From: an uncultured Elusimicrobium sp.
GTDB taxonomy: Bacteria; Elusimicrobiota; Elusimicrobia; Elusimicrobiales; UBA9959
Assembly (NCBI GenBank): GCA_902783485.1
Contig: CACZRG010000099.1
Location: 1 to 54,354 of the forward strand
Direction: 5' to 3'
DNA length: 54,354 bases
Shown here: piece by piece, positions 53,667 to 54,354 of the stretch
Numbering within the stretch: the stretch's first letter is position 1
Layout: each line of letters begins with the position of its first letter
Made by a program: the position numbers and the translations under genes
The notes under the pieces: generated by a model
Database searches by the model: none
What the model saw: only the letters and a program-made list of their open reading frames with translations
Told to the model about the DNA's origin: nothing

Positions 53667-54354
53667 TTATATTTTCAGAATATCCCTGAGCGGAATACGG
53701 AACAACTGTCCCTTCTCATTTGCTACGGATATATTATCTGGGCTCTCAAATTCAATTCCCTCGCACTGTCCGGCGCTGAATGAATATTTTACCGGTTTTC
53801 TGAAATATTTTATCTTTCCATTCCTGCCATATGAAATTTCAAACAGTGTTATGCCATAATATGTAAGCACGGCCAGATATCGTCCGTCAGGACTTACGGC
53901 GGCATCAGTTACCATTCCGCCTATATTTATCTTTTCCACCTTTTTAAGCACATGCGGTCTGGACGGGTCAAGATTCTCAAAACGGTAAAGTTTTGTATCC
54001 GTGTCATAACGATGCTTCGTAAGCAGATAGAGATATCCTTTATTCCAGAAGCAGGCCTCTGAATCAAAATTCTTCTTCTCTGGTGGAAATTTTTTCTGGT
54101 CCATGTATGAAAATTCTATTTTCTGAGCCGGGAGCGTTTCATAAGCAGAATACGGATCAGGTTCAGGAACAACATAAACCGCAAGATCCCTGCGCCGGTT
54201 TTTATTATTGCCGGAATCGCAGATTATAAGATTACCACTGTCATCAGCGGCCACTGCTTCCCAGTCGCGGTTTCCGGCATTTTTTACGAGAATACCCCGG
54301 TATGTTCCGGTTGGGTTTTCTACGGAAACAGGATGAACAAGGCTTCCGTCCTGT
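53667..54354 (-). CDS. beta-propeller-like protein (SdiA-regulated/phytase-like pattern), 5' end outside the window
   Basis: The reading frame stays open upstream of the track's GTG start to the window edge (QDGSLVHPVSVENPTGTYRGILVKNAGNRDWEAVAADDSGNLIICDSGNN). A repeated D.EG/DxxG strand pattern is present. Confidence 0.45.
   Translation of the reverse strand, partial: QDGSLVHPVSVENPTGTYRGILVKNAGNRDWEAVAADDSGNLIICDSGNNKNRRRDLAVYVVPEPDPYSAYETLPAQKIEFSYMDQKKFPPEKKNFDSEACFWNKGYLYLLTKHRYDTDTKLYRFENLDPSRPHVLKKVEKINIGGMVTDAAVSPDGRYLAVLTYYGITLFEISYGRNGKIKYFRKPVKYSFSAGQCEGIEFESPDNISVANEKGQLFRIPLRDILKI

Noticed and set aside
1-54354. CRISPR arrays, rRNA genes, riboswitch-like leaders and prophage blocks.
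   Set aside because: The only tandem repeats seen are the two coding repeats (9-nt and 18-nt periods). No spacer-repeat architecture, rRNA-like sequence or phage structural genes were recognised. Intergenic regions are mostly under 200 nt.

Overview
This 54.4 kb window looks like a chromosomal segment of a diderm (LPS-producing) bacterium with moderate GC; I cannot assign a phylum from sequence alone. Coding density is high and there are no rRNA genes or CRISPR arrays. Layout: (1) 194-12231, minus strand, is a tightly coupled 12-gene operon. It is built around a 118-aa peptide whose C-terminus carries nine consecutive His-Xaa-Xaa triplets (HYS HVA HNS HSS HGS HGS HGS HGS HAR). Seven radical SAM enzymes surround it: two HxsB-like SPASM enzymes, three mid-size paralogs, one distinct enzyme and one HemN-like enzyme. 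The operon also encodes two small HxsD-like proteins and two membrane-anchored proteins of unknown function. It reads as a greatly expanded version of the comparative-genomics-defined, biochemically uncharacterised His-Xaa-Ser (Hxs) system and is the main candidate for a novel system here. (2) 12270-13247 holds a secreted RNase Sa/barnase-family ribonuclease plus a barstar-like inhibitor. (3) 13442-21502 is an envelope block: bamA, skp-like, lpxD, lpxC, lpxA, lpxI and a DUF374 acyltransferase. (4) 21545-30503 holds coaD, a WG-repeat protein, MTA phosphorylase, cdd, accB (non-canonical biotinyl motif), a zinc-ribbon membrane protein, accC, a serine-palmitoyltransferase-like alpha-oxoamine synthase and a GNAT-like protein. 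(5) 30583-38702, minus strand, holds an OMP beta-barrel, two paralogous multi-pass membrane/TPR (GT-C-like) proteins flanking surE, a thioredoxin-DsbD fusion and a secreted protein with about ten tandem GHGPQP repeats. (6) 38806-44707 holds an M49 DPP III peptidase, two Sel1-repeat proteins, a small membrane protein and an LMW phosphotyrosine phosphatase. (7) 44888-47509 holds a DUF4143-type ATPase, a 980-bp IS with intact inverted repeats but a disrupted transposase, and tRNA-His(GUG). (8) 47568-54354 holds recG, an OmpR-type response regulator, a 1054-aa multi-PAS protein that ends right after its HisKA H-box with no ATPase domain, and a partial beta-propeller-like gene running off the right edge. 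All functional calls rest on motif recognition by eye; no database searches were run.
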